Assembly (NCBI RefSeq): GCF_018350175.1
Contig: NC_058368.1
Location: forward strand, 237,214,001-237,278,000
Direction: 5' to 3'
Length of the DNA stretch: 64,000 nucleotides
Source: Felis catus
Taxonomy: Eukaryota
A program made the translations under genes and the position numbers. Shown in pieces: positions 24,818-36,864 of the stretch (its first letter is position 1; each line of letters starts with the position of its first letter). The notes beneath the pieces were generated by a model. That model ran no database searches, was not told where the DNA came from, and saw nothing but the letters and a program-made list of their open reading frames with translations.

Positions 24818-25030
24818 GGGGTGCCTGCGGGGCTAGGTCGGTTGAATGTCCGACGCTTGATTTTGGCTCAGGTCGTGATCTTGAGGTTCACGAGATGGAG
24901 CCTCGCATCGAGCTCTGTGCCGACAACGCGGAGCCTGCTTCAGATCCTTTGTCCCCCTCTCTCTGCCCCTTCCCAGCTCATGCTCTCTTTCTCTCAAAAT
25001 AAATCAACTTAATTTTTTAATTAAAAAAAA
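24818..25030 (+). mobile_element. CAN-SINE
   Basis: ggggtgcctgcggggctaggtcggttgaatgtccgac ... ctctcaaaataaa and an A-rich tail. Confidence 0.93.
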
Positions 25031-25418
25031 CAAAAGCAGACTCTGACCATAGACATATGGGATTGCAACTGGGACTCGTTGGTTTGGGACAAAAACTGCA
25101 TACGGTATCAGTGTTTTGACATAATCCCTGCCTTTATCTCAAAATGGGGCTTCTCAAAGTTTGACTAGGAAATAGCTGAAGCTCCAGCCTCAGGGAGCAG
25201 GTGGCAGGTCTGAGAAGTCAGGAGCAGACCCTACATTTCAGAGGTGGAAAAAGTTTTCCTGAGGGGGTCCCGTCCTGTATGGTTGCTTTAGGCAAATCCT
25301 CAAGCAGTGAACACGAGGGTCCTTGGGCTTCAGTTCTCACTGAGTCCCTGGGCACTGAATGTGTCCTCTCCTTCGGAAGAGTCCGGAATTGTTTTAGGGC
25401 GTCCGCATGTGGGCCTAG

Positions 25419-25644
25419 AGAGGGTTGGCAGACTTTTCCCGTGAAGGACCACACCGCAAATCTTTTCAGCTTTGAGGACCACCTATCGTCCTTGAAGCCA
25501 ACACTGGGCTCTGTCACTGCAGTGTGAGAACATCTATGGGCGGTACACAAACCCGTTAGCATGGCTGTGTGCCAATAAAACTTTATTTACAAAAACAGGA
25601 GGGGGGCCGCATTTTGCCCCCAGACCATAATTTACTCATCTCCG
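25419..25644 (-). mobile_element. MER58A (hAT-Charlie) DNA transposon, near full length
   Basis: Diagnostic atggctgtgtgccaataaaactttatttacaaaaacagg..gggccg; terminus gggttggcagacttt. Confidence 0.9.
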
Positions 25645-25921
25645 TGTCTCATCCGAAGCCTCGGTCTCCAGCACTTGCCTAGAATGTTTTATGATCAATT
25701 CAAATGCTACTTACGACCTTCTCCTTTCGTGGTGAGTTCTTTTGGTTTGGTCCATCACTGGGTCTGTGGCACGACCTATTTCAACCGCCTTCATCAACAG
25801 GTTGTCACGACCAATAAACACTTCTTCATAGTTTTAATTCAAAAAGTCCAGTAGGAAACGCTGTGTCTGGCTTATTGTAGACACTGTGTTCTCAGGGGGT
25901 GCTCTCCCTCAACATGCTTCT

Positions 25922-26125
25922 TTATTTTTTTTAATGCTTATTTATTTTGAGAGACAGCATGAGCCAGGGAGGGGCAGAGAGAGAGGACAGAGGATCTGAA
26001 GTGAGCTCTGTGCTGACAGCACAGAGAGCTCCACGCGGGGCTTGAACTCGTGAGAAGTCACAAACCGTGAGACCGTGACCCGAGCTGAAGCCGGACGCTT
26101 AACCGACTCAGCCACCCAGGCCCCC
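25922..26125 (-). mobile_element. CAN-SINE
   Basis: Full body; TSD ctccctcaacatgcttct / ctccctctagatgcttct. Confidence 0.94.
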
Positions 26126-26165
26126 CTCCCTCTAGATGCTTCTAATTCCAGAAGTGGAGTCAGGA

Positions 26166-26198
26166 TGTGTGCGTGCGTGTGTGCGTGTGTGTGCGCGC
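26166..26198 (+). repeat. Mixed (TG)/(CG) alternating purine-pyrimidine tract
   Basis: tgtgtgcgtgcgtgtgtgcgtgtgtgtgcgcgc; Z-DNA-prone by composition. Confidence 0.9.
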
Positions 26199-26344
26199 AG
26201 AGAGAGACAGAGGGACAGAGGGAATGTCGTCTTTGACGGTATGTGCTAAATAACAGGATGGACAGCCTCGGCTGAGTTGAGGAAATGCCCCTGAGACACA
26301 GGGAACCAAGGGTTAATAACAGTAAGTTATAATTATAAGGATAA

Positions 26345-26470
26345 TGTTAGCACTACAAATAACAGCTTCTATCCCCATCTGTTGGACACCTGCTGCGTGT
26401 CGGGCCTTGCGCTGTACCCTTAATAAGCATTCCATCATTTAAAATTTGCCCCGAAGGTAGGGATTGGCCC
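26345..26470 (-). mobile_element. MIR/L2-tail fragment
   Basis: ttggacacctgctgcgtgtcgggccttgcgctg..agcattccatcatttaa loosely matches the antisense MIR 3' end. Confidence 0.45.
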
Positions 26471-29400
26471 TCTGTCCTTGAGGATAACTACTGGTTGGGA
26501 AGGGCTTACCGTGGGGCTTTGGACACATTTCGACTTGTGGAGAGAACAGACGGCAACACTGAAAGGGAGACACACAGGTGCGTTTCTGCCCGCAGAAGAG
26601 GACAGATGTGGAGGGTGTGGCCTGGGCGTGGCGAGCCCCGGGAGGGTGCAGGTGTCCCGGCACCTGCCGTGGGCCATCCCGGGCGTGGAAAGCCACCCCT
26701 GGTCACGGAGATGCTGAAGGCCTCTGGGGCCCTTAAAGATGAAACCAGGGTCCTGCCCTGTGGCGGCGCTGTGTGTGGGACTGCTGGTGGGCAGGAAGGA
26801 GCAGAGTGGAGGGGGCAGAGCCATCGGGAGGGCGCCTCTGGAGCCTGTCCTGAACACGGGTAATGACACGACTTGGCCAGCAGGAGCCCGAGTGAAGAGA
26901 TGTTATCTCACGTACAGATCTCGTCGGCGTGCATCCTGAAAGGTTTGGTTCTGATCTCCAAAGTTGGTGCCTTGTCTGATCGATCGCCGTGGAGTGCTTG
27001 CAAAAATACCTGGAAAGTTCTGCCAGAGCAGGGTGAGCTGGGCAGCCCGTGCGTGCCGTCACCGGGGCCCCACGGGGGAAGGTGCTGGCAGGAAGACGTC
27101 TCCGGGGCGCAGGGTGGGGGGCGAGCAGGGTGTCACTCCCGGGTGGGGCTGCATTTCCTCTCTGCCAGCCGAGCTTGGAGAAAGTACTTGGCTTTTGTGG
27201 TCCGTGATCCTCTCTGAACGGGCACGGTCAGGCACGAGGCACTCTGGTGCTCCGGGGAGCGTCTATGCTCCGAGATTTGAGAACTCTCCCAGCTGTAGAC
27301 AAGGTTGCTCCATTAGCGTCCAGACCATTTCATCCAGGTGTCCCGGTCAGCGATGTGTCAGCAGGAGTGTCCTCAGGGCCTTGTCTGCACTCAGCAGACG
27401 CCCAGCTGTGTCCAGACCCTGCCTCCCTGCCCAGGGAGCCTCTCCCTGAGCCCGAACCCGGGCCCCACGTGCATAGTTTACACGTGTGTGTAATTCTCCC
27501 CTCTTCCCCGACTTCAGGTGCCGCCCCAGCAGCTCCCATTCATCCGTGACCCAACCGGGAGCCCCTTCGAGTGGCCCTTCAGTCCCAACTGTGGACGTGA
27601 CCTCCTCTTATAGAGGGTGCCCATCGTCGCCTGTCTCACGGGGCCACAGACACAAGTCACAGAAGAAAACATGAGACCGAAAAGTCAGTGGCCAGGTGAG
27701 ACCCCGAGGGGGCAGCCCGCGTGCAAGGACGGGGCTCTGTAGCTCGCTCTTGCTCAGGCCGGCACGGGAAGCCCTCGTCCAGGCATTTCACTCCCCTGTG
27801 ACCACCTTATGTTACAGAACTTCCCTGGAAACCCAACTCCTCAGCAGCCAGGTTTTGCCAAAAATGTGTGGCTCCTTCAAGTGCCTAGTGCTGTTCATGA
27901 TTTAAAGGTCTGAAAACGGAGATGTGGGCGAAATAAGAAACAGGGAGGATCATCCAGGAAGCAGGAGCCCAGCCCAGGTTTACATAATGTCACGCTTCGT
28001 TCTTCTGTATCTATGACGATTGTTCGTTCACTCAGAGTGTAGGCTGTTGAGGTAGAGATAGTCTGCAAAAAGAAAAAAAAAAAAAAAAACCCCAATAAAT
28101 GCAAAATGAGGCGATTCTGTCTGCTGAAGTTACCTGGTCAGTGTGTGACTGGGGGGCGGGATGCGGAGAAGGGGTGGGGGGTGCGGGGAAGGGGTTTCTC
28201 TGCAGGGAAGTGATGGAGGGGGCATCTGGGTTTGAGAGAAGATCTCGCCACCAGTGTAAAGGTCTCGGGCGCGAACGAGCTGACGGTAGAGTGTTGGAGA
28301 AGAACCAAGAGGCCCACTTGGCTGGCGCAGGAGACGTGGGAGAGAGCAGGGGCACATCCCAGGGGCCTGCGGCCACACTGGGAATTTGCATCCAGTGCTC
28401 TGGGAGCTGCGGAGGACTTCCAGGAGCGGGAGAGAGACTCCATGTGGGCAGTGCTTCCGGAGGATTCCTGGCGGTGGTGTAGACGACTCATGGGGGTGGG
28501 AACAGCTGTGGGGAGCTGGGGGTGTAGGGGCGGGGAGGGTGCCAGCGGAGCTCCTAGATGACTTGGGTTCGGGAGAACATCTGAAGGGGTCCAGCAGGAC
28601 CCCTGGAGTGGACGGGATGGGGGTAAGCAGACAGAGAGGCAGGCGGGGCGTTGAGGCCAACGCCTACATCTGGGGCCTGGATGGACCCTTTGGGACACAG
28701 TTGTGTTCTTCGGCCAAGGACTCCACGGCGAACAACCTCGATAAGTTAATCGTAATGATACTTGGCACAGCGGATCAAGGCCAGTCTCCCAGGGAGAGAC
28801 ACCTTCTCAATTTCTATTTGAAGGGAAAGAAACGAGGCCAGAGTGAGGAAGGTGGCTTTTGCAAAGCGAAAATAAACAGCACAACTAGAAAATCGGCTTC
28901 CCACTGTCCCTCAGCACCCCTGGACCGGTGTGGCACTCCCTGCATACCTCTGGCCGAGGGGTGGACAGGTGGAGTCCTCAGCCTGCAGCTACATTTCGGA
29001 GCACCTGTATCAACAATGGAAAGGGAATATGGACAGGAGCCCTTCTTTGCACCTGCTCTGCGGATCAAAGCCCTGGAGATGCTTGTACATCAGTTGTACC
29101 TGAGTTCAAAGACGCCCACGGCACTGAAAGCTGTGTCCCTAAAATTCCCACGGCACAGAGGGGGAAGCAGATGTCAGGGTCTCGTCCAGGAAGACAAACC
29201 TCCAAGACCATCATACCCGTCGGACCCGTGAGGACCCCAGCCACATGCCCAGATTCCTCCGAGCCTTGGCAGTTTTAACCGGCAGCGTGACTGCAGGAAA
29301 GGGACGGCCCAGGTGGCAGAAATCCTGACCAGGGACCAGGCGCTGCCTCCTGCCAGGTCTGGTGCTCCACCAACTGTGCCGAGAACTTGCAGGAGCATCC

Positions 29401-29593
29401 GTAGGGCCTATTCCGGCTAACCTAGGACCCTCCCCCTGCTGCACAGAGGGCCCAGCAGTGCCCTTGTCATCCTGCCTGAGCTGTGGACTCCCCTGGGCCC
29501 TAGCTGAACTCATGGAAGCAGAAATAACATTGGTTCAGAGATAGGGAGTGGGAGGCATGGACCAGGCAGTTGGAGAAAAGAAACTACTTTGTG

Positions 29594-29801
29594 TTCTTTT
29601 CTTGTTAATTCATTTTTGAGAAAGAGAGACAGAGTGTGAGTCGGGGAGGAGCAGAGAGAGAGGGAGACACAGAACCCGAGGCAGGCTCCAGGCTCCGAGC
29701 TGTCGGCACAGAGCCCGACGTGGGGCTCGAACTCACCAACTGTAAGATCATGACCTGAGCCCAAGTCAGATGCTCAACCGACTGAGCCACCCAGGCACCC
29801 C
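29594..29801 (-). mobile_element. CAN-SINE
   Basis: Full body; TSD-like aagaaactactttg / aagaaactgtactttg. Confidence 0.95.
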
Positions 29802-30189
29802 AAGAAACTGTACTTTGAACACGACGCTTTTCATCAGAGTTTTGTGGCCAGGGGCCCTCAGTTTCAAGAACTTTACTCTGAAAATAAGTAGGTCTTAAGT
29901 AACAAAACCAGGCCCTGTGTTAGCCAGACGCGCACAGTGGGACAGGCACCACAGCCCGCCTTGGGGCAGGAGAGGCCGAGGACGAGATGCCTCCTTGGGC
30001 AGCGCTTGTCGGCGCCCCCGCTATTCTGCACGGTTGGGAGTTGTGCGCAGGTGTTTCGGGCAGCAAATTCAGCGGCCGGGCGCCCTTGGCCTTACCGGGC
30101 CACCGACAGTAAGAACCGCAGGCTGAGCCTTCAGCACCACGGCAGGGCAGGCCAAAGACGGGTGTACATAGTTAGGGTATTTACGGTAT

Positions 30190-30675
30190 TTCTGCTGGTG
30201 TTTAGATAACTATTTTCCCATTAAGGTGAAGCTCACAATTGTTTCGATGAGGAGCGGATTCATCATTCAAAAAGGAGTGCTTCGCAGGGGCGCACTTAGG
30301 TGATAAAAATCAATGACAAGGCTGGTAAATTGCCTGGGAGGGTTCAGGACAGATTCAAGATAAAGGAGGGAGAGATTAAGTCAAGACAGCATCTAATGCT
30401 TTTGCCAAACACTCCGGCCTCCGCCGAGGACGCTGGTGTAACGGGCGGCCCCTCAATTCCCAGAGCCCCTGGCCTATCTTTTGTCACCTCCGTTGCCCCG
30501 TATCAAACTTTCAGGAAACGAGACCCAGGAAAGCAGATAATCAATAATGAGATCAGGAGATGTTATCATAAGAGAAACAGGCCTGCCTGCTTTGTCCAGG
30601 GAAGGCCGTTTGGCCCGCCTGTCAGTGGGCAACGGTGATGGGCACAGCGTGAGTGGGTGTGTGCAGATAAGGCCG
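30190..30675. promoter_or_regulatory. GATA-site cluster (candidate enhancer)
   Basis: Seven WGATAR sites at 30204, 30301, 30358, 30474, 30535, 30563 and 30665. Confidence 0.55.
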
Positions 30676-32049
30676 GAGGAGAGGTGCGGGGAGGTGGGAG
30701 GCACGTGGGGGGGATGCGGCCGCCGCCAGCTCGCCCCCCACCCCCGCCCTGCCACGGCTCCAGGAAGAGCCCCTCCGAGCCAGTGAGTGTCTCAGGGGTC
30801 CTGACTGGGACCCTCTGTTGGCAGTTCCAGACGCTGGGGCGAGTCGGGGGGCGCCGGTGGGCGGGAGGGCCGTGGGGGTCTTGGGGTGAATTCACCCACG
30901 CCTTCTCCGCGCAGGGTGGGCATTGGAGACGTAGGCTCCTCTTCCGCGGACGGGCGGCGTCCACACATCCTTGTGCTCTGATGGGGACACACGGCCTCTG
31001 CAGGACAGCGGTCCACACCCCTCCTCTGGGGGACGGGGTGCACGGCCACACGTCTGCTGTTGGATGACCCAGCCTCAGGTGTTCCTTGAGGCGTGGGGAG
31101 CCCACACCCCCTCTGGGCGGCCCCGGGGACGTGCGCTTGTGCCCGCCTCTCGTGCCGAGGTGAGGCACCTTCCCTCTGAGAGGTGACCCCCCACCTCGGC
31201 GGGTCCCCTGCAGGACAGGAAGCCTGCCAGGGGATGCTCTTCACCTGCTCCCCTCCCACGGCCGTTAGGGCGGCTGGGGGCTCACGCATGAGTCCGCAGG
31301 AAAAGGGGCACACGGCCTCGTCCGTGCGGTGGTGGGGGCCCCCGTCTCCCCTCCTCCAAACCGGGTGTGGACACATCCCACGGCCTTCGAAGGGGGGGAA
31401 GGAGGCTGAAGCGTTCTCCATGGCTTTTTCCAACATCGCGTGGTAAAAAGTGAAGACCAGGACGCCGCCATCTTCACAGGCCTTGGGCAACAGGAAGCCG
31501 ACGGGCCCTGTCACCTCCACAGCCAACCTCCACGCCGAATGCTGTGCCTTCCCCCGAAATACACCTGGAGAGCACACAAAACGATTACCAGCCGCTGCAG
31601 AAACGCATGGCTTTTTGTTAAAATGTGTGCCCGCCTGCATTTCGCCAAAACAGCACGTCCGACCAAGCACAGTCACCTAAGTTTGCCATCGGCATGTAAC
31701 CCCACGTGCAGAAGTAAACCGATGTCGGGACGACATCCTACTTTTCAAAAAAACACGAATTTTGACTCCTGAAGGTTTTATGCCTGAAATACGGTGGGTA
31801 GGTAGGTGTCCTGTGTCGGTCACGTACAGAGCAGGTGAAGGGTATTGGGAGGTAATGAGCTTCCGTTTTAACGGAGGCGGGGCTCCCCGTAGCACCACCT
31901 TCTCTGCCTCTCCTGTGGCTCCAGGTGGGCAAAGGGTTCTTTGCCTCCTGGGACAAAGACACTGCACCTTCTTCTTAGCACTAGGATAAGATGGGGGCAA
32001 TTTAAAGGCTGTTTTCCAGAGGAGTCCCTGAAGCAGATGTGGCTGGAGA

Positions 32050-32655
32050 GTAGGGCAAACAGGAGGGGGCAGGGGGAAGAGTGGGGGGGGTAGGGGTAGG
32101 GGCAGGAGGGAGCAGGGGAGGGGAAGAACAGGGGAGGGGTAGGGAACTGGGGGAGGAGGGCAGGAGGGGGCTTGGGGAAGAGTGAGGGCAGGGGAGAGGT
32201 GGGAGGGAGCAGGGGAGGGGAAAGGCAGGGAGGCAGGTTAGGTGGGGAGGATGATGGAGAGGCTGGGATGGGGTAGGGGACAGGAGGAGGGGAGGGGTGG
32301 GGGCAGAGGAGAGGTGGGAGGGATCAGGGGAAGGAAGGGTAGGGGAGAGGGCTGGGGAGTGGGGAGGAGGGCAGGAAAGGGCTTGGGGAGGGGTAGGGGA
32401 TGGGGGAGGGGTGGAGGGCAGGGGAGAGGCAGGGGTAGGGGGCTTGGGGAGGGGGGCAGCAGGGGGAGAGGAGGGGTGCAGGGGCAGGGAAGGGGCAGGT
32501 GGAGAGGAGTGGATTGGGAGGGGAGGGGGCCAGGAGTAGAGGAGGGGTGGGGGGCAGGAGAGAGGCAGGAGGGAGCAGGGGAGGGGGTTGGGCAGGGGTG
32601 GACGCAGGGGAGAGTTGGGAGGGAGCAGAGGAGGGGAAGGGCAAGAGGGGACCTG
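32050..32655 (+). repeat. G-rich, purine-skewed low-complexity tract (G-quadruplex-prone)
   Basis: ~600 bp of degenerate GGGGCAGGGGAGAGG-like units with dozens of GGG+ runs and very few C/T. Confidence 0.93.
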
Positions 32656-32899
32656 GGGCCCCAGTGGCCCCGGTTCAGGCCTACAGGCTTCAGAGGTGCA
32701 GTGGGCTCGTCTAGAAGGACCCCTCTTGGGGGGGGGTACAGTTACTCCGAGCTCCAGGATGGTCTGGAGAACCCGTGCCTCAGGGACAGGTCCCTTGCAG
32801 GCCCTCCAGGCCCTGGCGATTCTAGAGGCGATTCGGAGGGGATGCCCCCCCCCCGCCCCCCACGCGGTTAATGAGATTCCCCCCCAAAGCCAGTCCTGG

Positions 32900-34530
32900 G
32901 GGCTGGAAGGCAGAGGGCCCGATAAGGATATGACGCTCCCGCTGGGAGCAGGACGGGGCTGGGCTCAGATCAGTCGTGCGTGGGGGGGGGGGGGTGGCCT
33001 TTGTCGTGTCCCCACCAAACCCGGGACCAAACCTGAGACGGCGGGTGTGGGAGACCGGGCCTCAGATGGGAAGCGGCTGACACGGGGGAACCACACCACT
33101 CGCCGCGTGCTGAAAACGCCCCAGGTTCGCGTCAACCAGGAGCCGCGGAAGTTTAAGGCGGCTTGCAAAGAGCGAGACTGACCCCCTGAGAAAGCAGACA
33201 GCAAACCGTGCGGCAGAACACTGATTATCCCTGTTCCCCTCCGGCAAGTACCTGGCTCCGAGCACGTGCGGGGGGACGTTTTGTTTCCGGGCCTCCGAGG
33301 TGAGGGAAGAAAGCCTCCCGCGCCGGGGGAATTGGGCTCCGTCGTCGCGGGCCGGGCTCCGTTCCGCGCGGGGCGCGTAATTACAACCGCGTTTAAAGGG
33401 AGCCCAGAAGAGAGATAGGTTCAAGCACAGATTAATTTCAGATTATCACAACAAAGGCAACCCTATCTCAACAAGCTTGCCAGCAAAACACTTTGCAGAG
33501 GCCCCGAGGTCCCTCCCCTCCCCAACTTACAACAAAGACCTTTCAGCTCAAATTAAGCTAATGATCGCAAACAACCCTGTGCCTACCTTTTTTGGTTTGA
33601 CTGTTCGCGCGGCTGACTGTGGCAAACCTGCAAAGGAGATGGGGGTGGGGGTGGGGGACAGGCCTCCCGGGGGAGGGGGTGCTGGAGACAAGGTAGCCCG
33701 GAAAGGTCAGGGCTCCGTATCCATCAAGTGACAAAACAAACAGTCCTCGGCTTGACGGGGCCTGCACAGCGTCAGATTGTCTTATTCGGGCTCCCCGGCC
33801 AGCCCGGGAGGGGGGGGGCGGTGGGGGGAGGCTGGTTTATCTGAACTTCTCACTCGGCCAGCCGGGCGGCTCAGCTCCTCCAGAAGCCTCCTACGGGAGC
33901 CCGAGGGGGAGGAGGGATGGGGCTGAGCACACTCAGGTCAAGCCTCATTACTTCCTCATTACCTTTGCAGAAGTGCAGGGAGAGGGTTTCCATCCGGGAG
34001 CGGGAGCGAGCCCGGCTGTCCCGGGGACCGTGTCTGCTTACTGCACAGCCGACCGTGGCGCGGGGCCGCTGTGGGACTGCAGGGTTCCTCCGGTCCTCGC
34101 CACTGGTGATCCAGGCGCTGAGGGTTTTAAGGCGCATTCCCGTCACGGATCTCGGGGGGCAGGGTGCCCCCCCCCCCGGCGGTTCTGGACGCCGGATAAA
34201 GGACAGGCATGTTCCAGCTGACTGGGCTCTTCTGTATCAGTCGCCTTTTCTGTTTGTATTTGGCTCCGGCCCAGAGGCAGCACAGCGCACGGGCCGCGTC
34301 GGGCCGCCCCGCCTGGGCCGAGACCCTCGGGCGCACTCTGCAGCCCGCGGCTGGGTCACGTCGGGGAAAACCGGCAGCACCCAGGGCCAGCGGCGTCTGC
34401 TCCCTGTAGGTCTGTCTCTTCTTTTCCCCGACTTGTTAAGCCTCTGGAGGAACTACTCCCTTGTGGGCCGGCAGCAGGGTCCCATCGGGTTCTGCGTGGT
34501 GCCCGGGGCAGGGTGGCCGGTGGGGCCCTG
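32900..34530. promoter_or_regulatory. CpG-island-like region with an embedded GATA/SOX/homeodomain core
   Basis: CpG-dense at 33040-33400 and 33780-34400. Core 33375-33570 has GTAATTAC, AGATAG 33413, TTATCA 33443, AACAAAG 33450 and 33531, CTATCT 33463; TTATCT at 33837. Confidence 0.6.
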
Positions 34531-36387
34531 AGCTCAGCACGCAGGGCTGAGTGAGGAGGATGCTCAGGGACTGGGACCCACCTCCAGATTCTCAGGGCAG
34601 CTCTGCCCTGGGGGACTATTCAGTGACACTTAAGCAGCAGGGCAGCTACCGCTGCAGCCCCTTCCCATCCCCTGCCCCCTCCACCCCTGCCTCACTGGCA
34701 CTTGGCCTCCCTGCCCCCGTCCAGAGTAAGAAGAGCCAGGTGGCCACTGCGCTCCCCCGGGGCTCTCCCACTGCCCCTCCCCATCCTTACCCTGCCTGGT
34801 ACCCAAACATTGTTTCCCCTTGTTCCGGACACTTCCGGATCCTTCTCTGAGTTTGTCCCTCACTCTTCCAGATCCAAAGGGGAGCAGCAGAGTGGGAGAG
34901 GGGGGAGAGGAGGAAGGCAGAGTGGGAGAGGTCCCTCCTGGGACCCGGGAGTCCTTGGGCCAGGCCTTGAGGGGTCTTTCCAGGCAGGAGGCACAGAGTG
35001 AAACAGGAAAGCCTCCCAGCCGGGAGTGGGAACGGTCTGCAGGGGCAGGTGGTGGCACTGGAGAGGGCTGGTTCTGGGGGGCGGGCAGTAGCCAGTGTGC
35101 CCCCTCAATGTGTCCAGCCCCCTGCACCTGCCCGCTCTGCAGACCCCAAGTTCCCTAGAGCCTGGTGGTCCTGGCCCCTCTGCCTCTGGCCCGGGCACGG
35201 GCCGTGGGCCCCGTGGGGGAGACACTGGGCCTGGGCAGGGTGTCGCGGTGGCACAGGGGCTCTAAGTTGCCAGGCACAGAGACAGGCAAAGGTGGGTCTG
35301 GGCCCAGACTGTGGGCTGAACGAGGGAGCTGGGCTCCTGTGAAAGCAGAGGGAAGTGGGAAGACGACGTGTCAGGTTCTGCGTCACCCAGGGCCACGACC
35401 CTTTCTCTCCCCTGGTCCCTGACACCCTCCAGGGGCCCGGCTCCGGCAGGCAGGGGCCCCTGTGGGGCTCGCTCGCTCTTACCGTGTAGCATGACCGACT
35501 AGACGTCGTCAGCTACCTGCCCATCAGGAACCAGGCTTTAAAACTTTGTTGCGTCAAAGAAAATCCAGCTGTTGCTAGGCATCCCTTAAACAGGAACCCA
35601 GACACTGTTTCCCCTTGTCCCGGACACTTATTAGAAGCACGCTGTGTTTTCACAGCAGCCATGTTAACGAACCGCTGCCTTACCTGGCCCAGCTAAGCTA
35701 CCCACTAGGGGCCTAGAGTTCTAGAAAATTCTCCCCTCGGGGAGGCTCAGCCAGCATCCCCAGGCTTCCATACTCACCGGGACGGGCCCTGTCCCCATCT
35801 CATCCGCTGTCTTCTCCCTTCTCTGTTCCCTGGGAAAGGGACCCGTGTGTGCACAGCTGCAGCCTCCCTGCCCAGCTCAGCACCGCCAGGCCGTTCGTGT
35901 GCCGGAGCCAGAGAATTTATGAATTTTACCCTCCAAGTATGAGCTCAGAAGTCCTAGAGGGCCGATCCTTTCTCATACATGACTCATAACGCCATGCGTG
36001 GTGAGCAGAAGGAGCCAGGTGGAAAGCCTGGAGCTCTCATTGGCCGAGGCATTTGGTTGTCTCCTTGCTCTGCAAATGTAGTCTGTCCAGGTGTCCGTCC
36101 GTGCGTCCCCAGCTCCCAGGCTGGAGGGCAGAAGGCCCAGCCACACCTCCCCTGGTGGGCCTCGCCCAGTAAGAGGACAGTCAGCGGGACTGGTGGCCGC
36201 CATATCAGAGCAGTGCGACTACAACCCGAGGCTCCCTCCTCCTGGACCGGCTGGCCGGCCAACAGGGCCTCTGTCCCTCACCCTGCGGAAGGCCTGGGCC
36301 CTCCTCACACAGTGGCCAGTGAGTGGCATGCAGAAAAAAATCACAGATATTGGAAAGAAAAGAGCCAATACGAATTAAAAGCGGGGG

Positions 36388-36600
36388 GGGGACGCACCTC
36401 AGTGGCTCGATGGGCTGAGGGTCTGGGTCTGGATTTCAGCTCAGGTTGTGATCCCAGGGTCGTGTGTGGGTCCACATCGGGCTCTGCATCAGGCTCCTGG
36501 ATGAGTGTGGAACTAGCTGATTCTCTGTCTCTCTGTCTCTCTCTCCCCTTCAGCCCCCTCCCTGGCTTGTGCTCTCTCTCTCTTTCTCTCAAATAATAAA
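36388..36600 (+). mobile_element. CAN-SINE, older and diverged
   Basis: gcacctcagtggctc ... gatttcagctcaggttgtgatcccagggtcgtg ... CT tract, caaataataaa. Confidence 0.88.
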
Positions 36601-36658
36601 CCTTGTGAATTCACTTTATGTGATGCAAAATAAGGTATTCGGTATTTCATAATATTTT

Positions 36659-36864
36659 TAGAATGTTTATTTATTTTTGAGAGAGAGAGAGAGGGCACAC
36701 ACGGGAGCAGGGGACGGGCAGAGAGAGAGAGGGAGAGAGAACCACAAGCAGGGCCCCAGCTGTCAGCGCAGAGCCCAATGTCGGGCTTGAACCCGCGAGT
36801 TGTGAGATCATGACCTGAGCTGAAAGAGACAGACACTTAACCAACTGAGCCACCCAGGTGCCCC
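36659..36864 (-). mobile_element. CAN-SINE
   Basis: Full body; TSD atttcataatatttt at 36644-36658 and 36868-36882. Confidence 0.95.

Noticed and set aside
28386..29231. 281 aa ORF
   Set aside because: No recognisable domain; overlapping ORFs in several frames are expected in GC-rich DNA.
30792..31676. 294 aa minus-strand ORF, the longest in the window
   Set aside because: Pro/Arg/Gly/Ala-biased with no family resemblance; consistent with GC-rich non-coding sequence.
32242..33181. Gly/Arg-rich ORFs of about 200 aa
   Set aside because: They arise from the stop-poor G-rich tract; no domain and no splice context.
35701..35714. ccactaggggcc CTCF-like word (also near 51942)
   Set aside because: One G short in the core, which breaks the highly constrained GGC positions.
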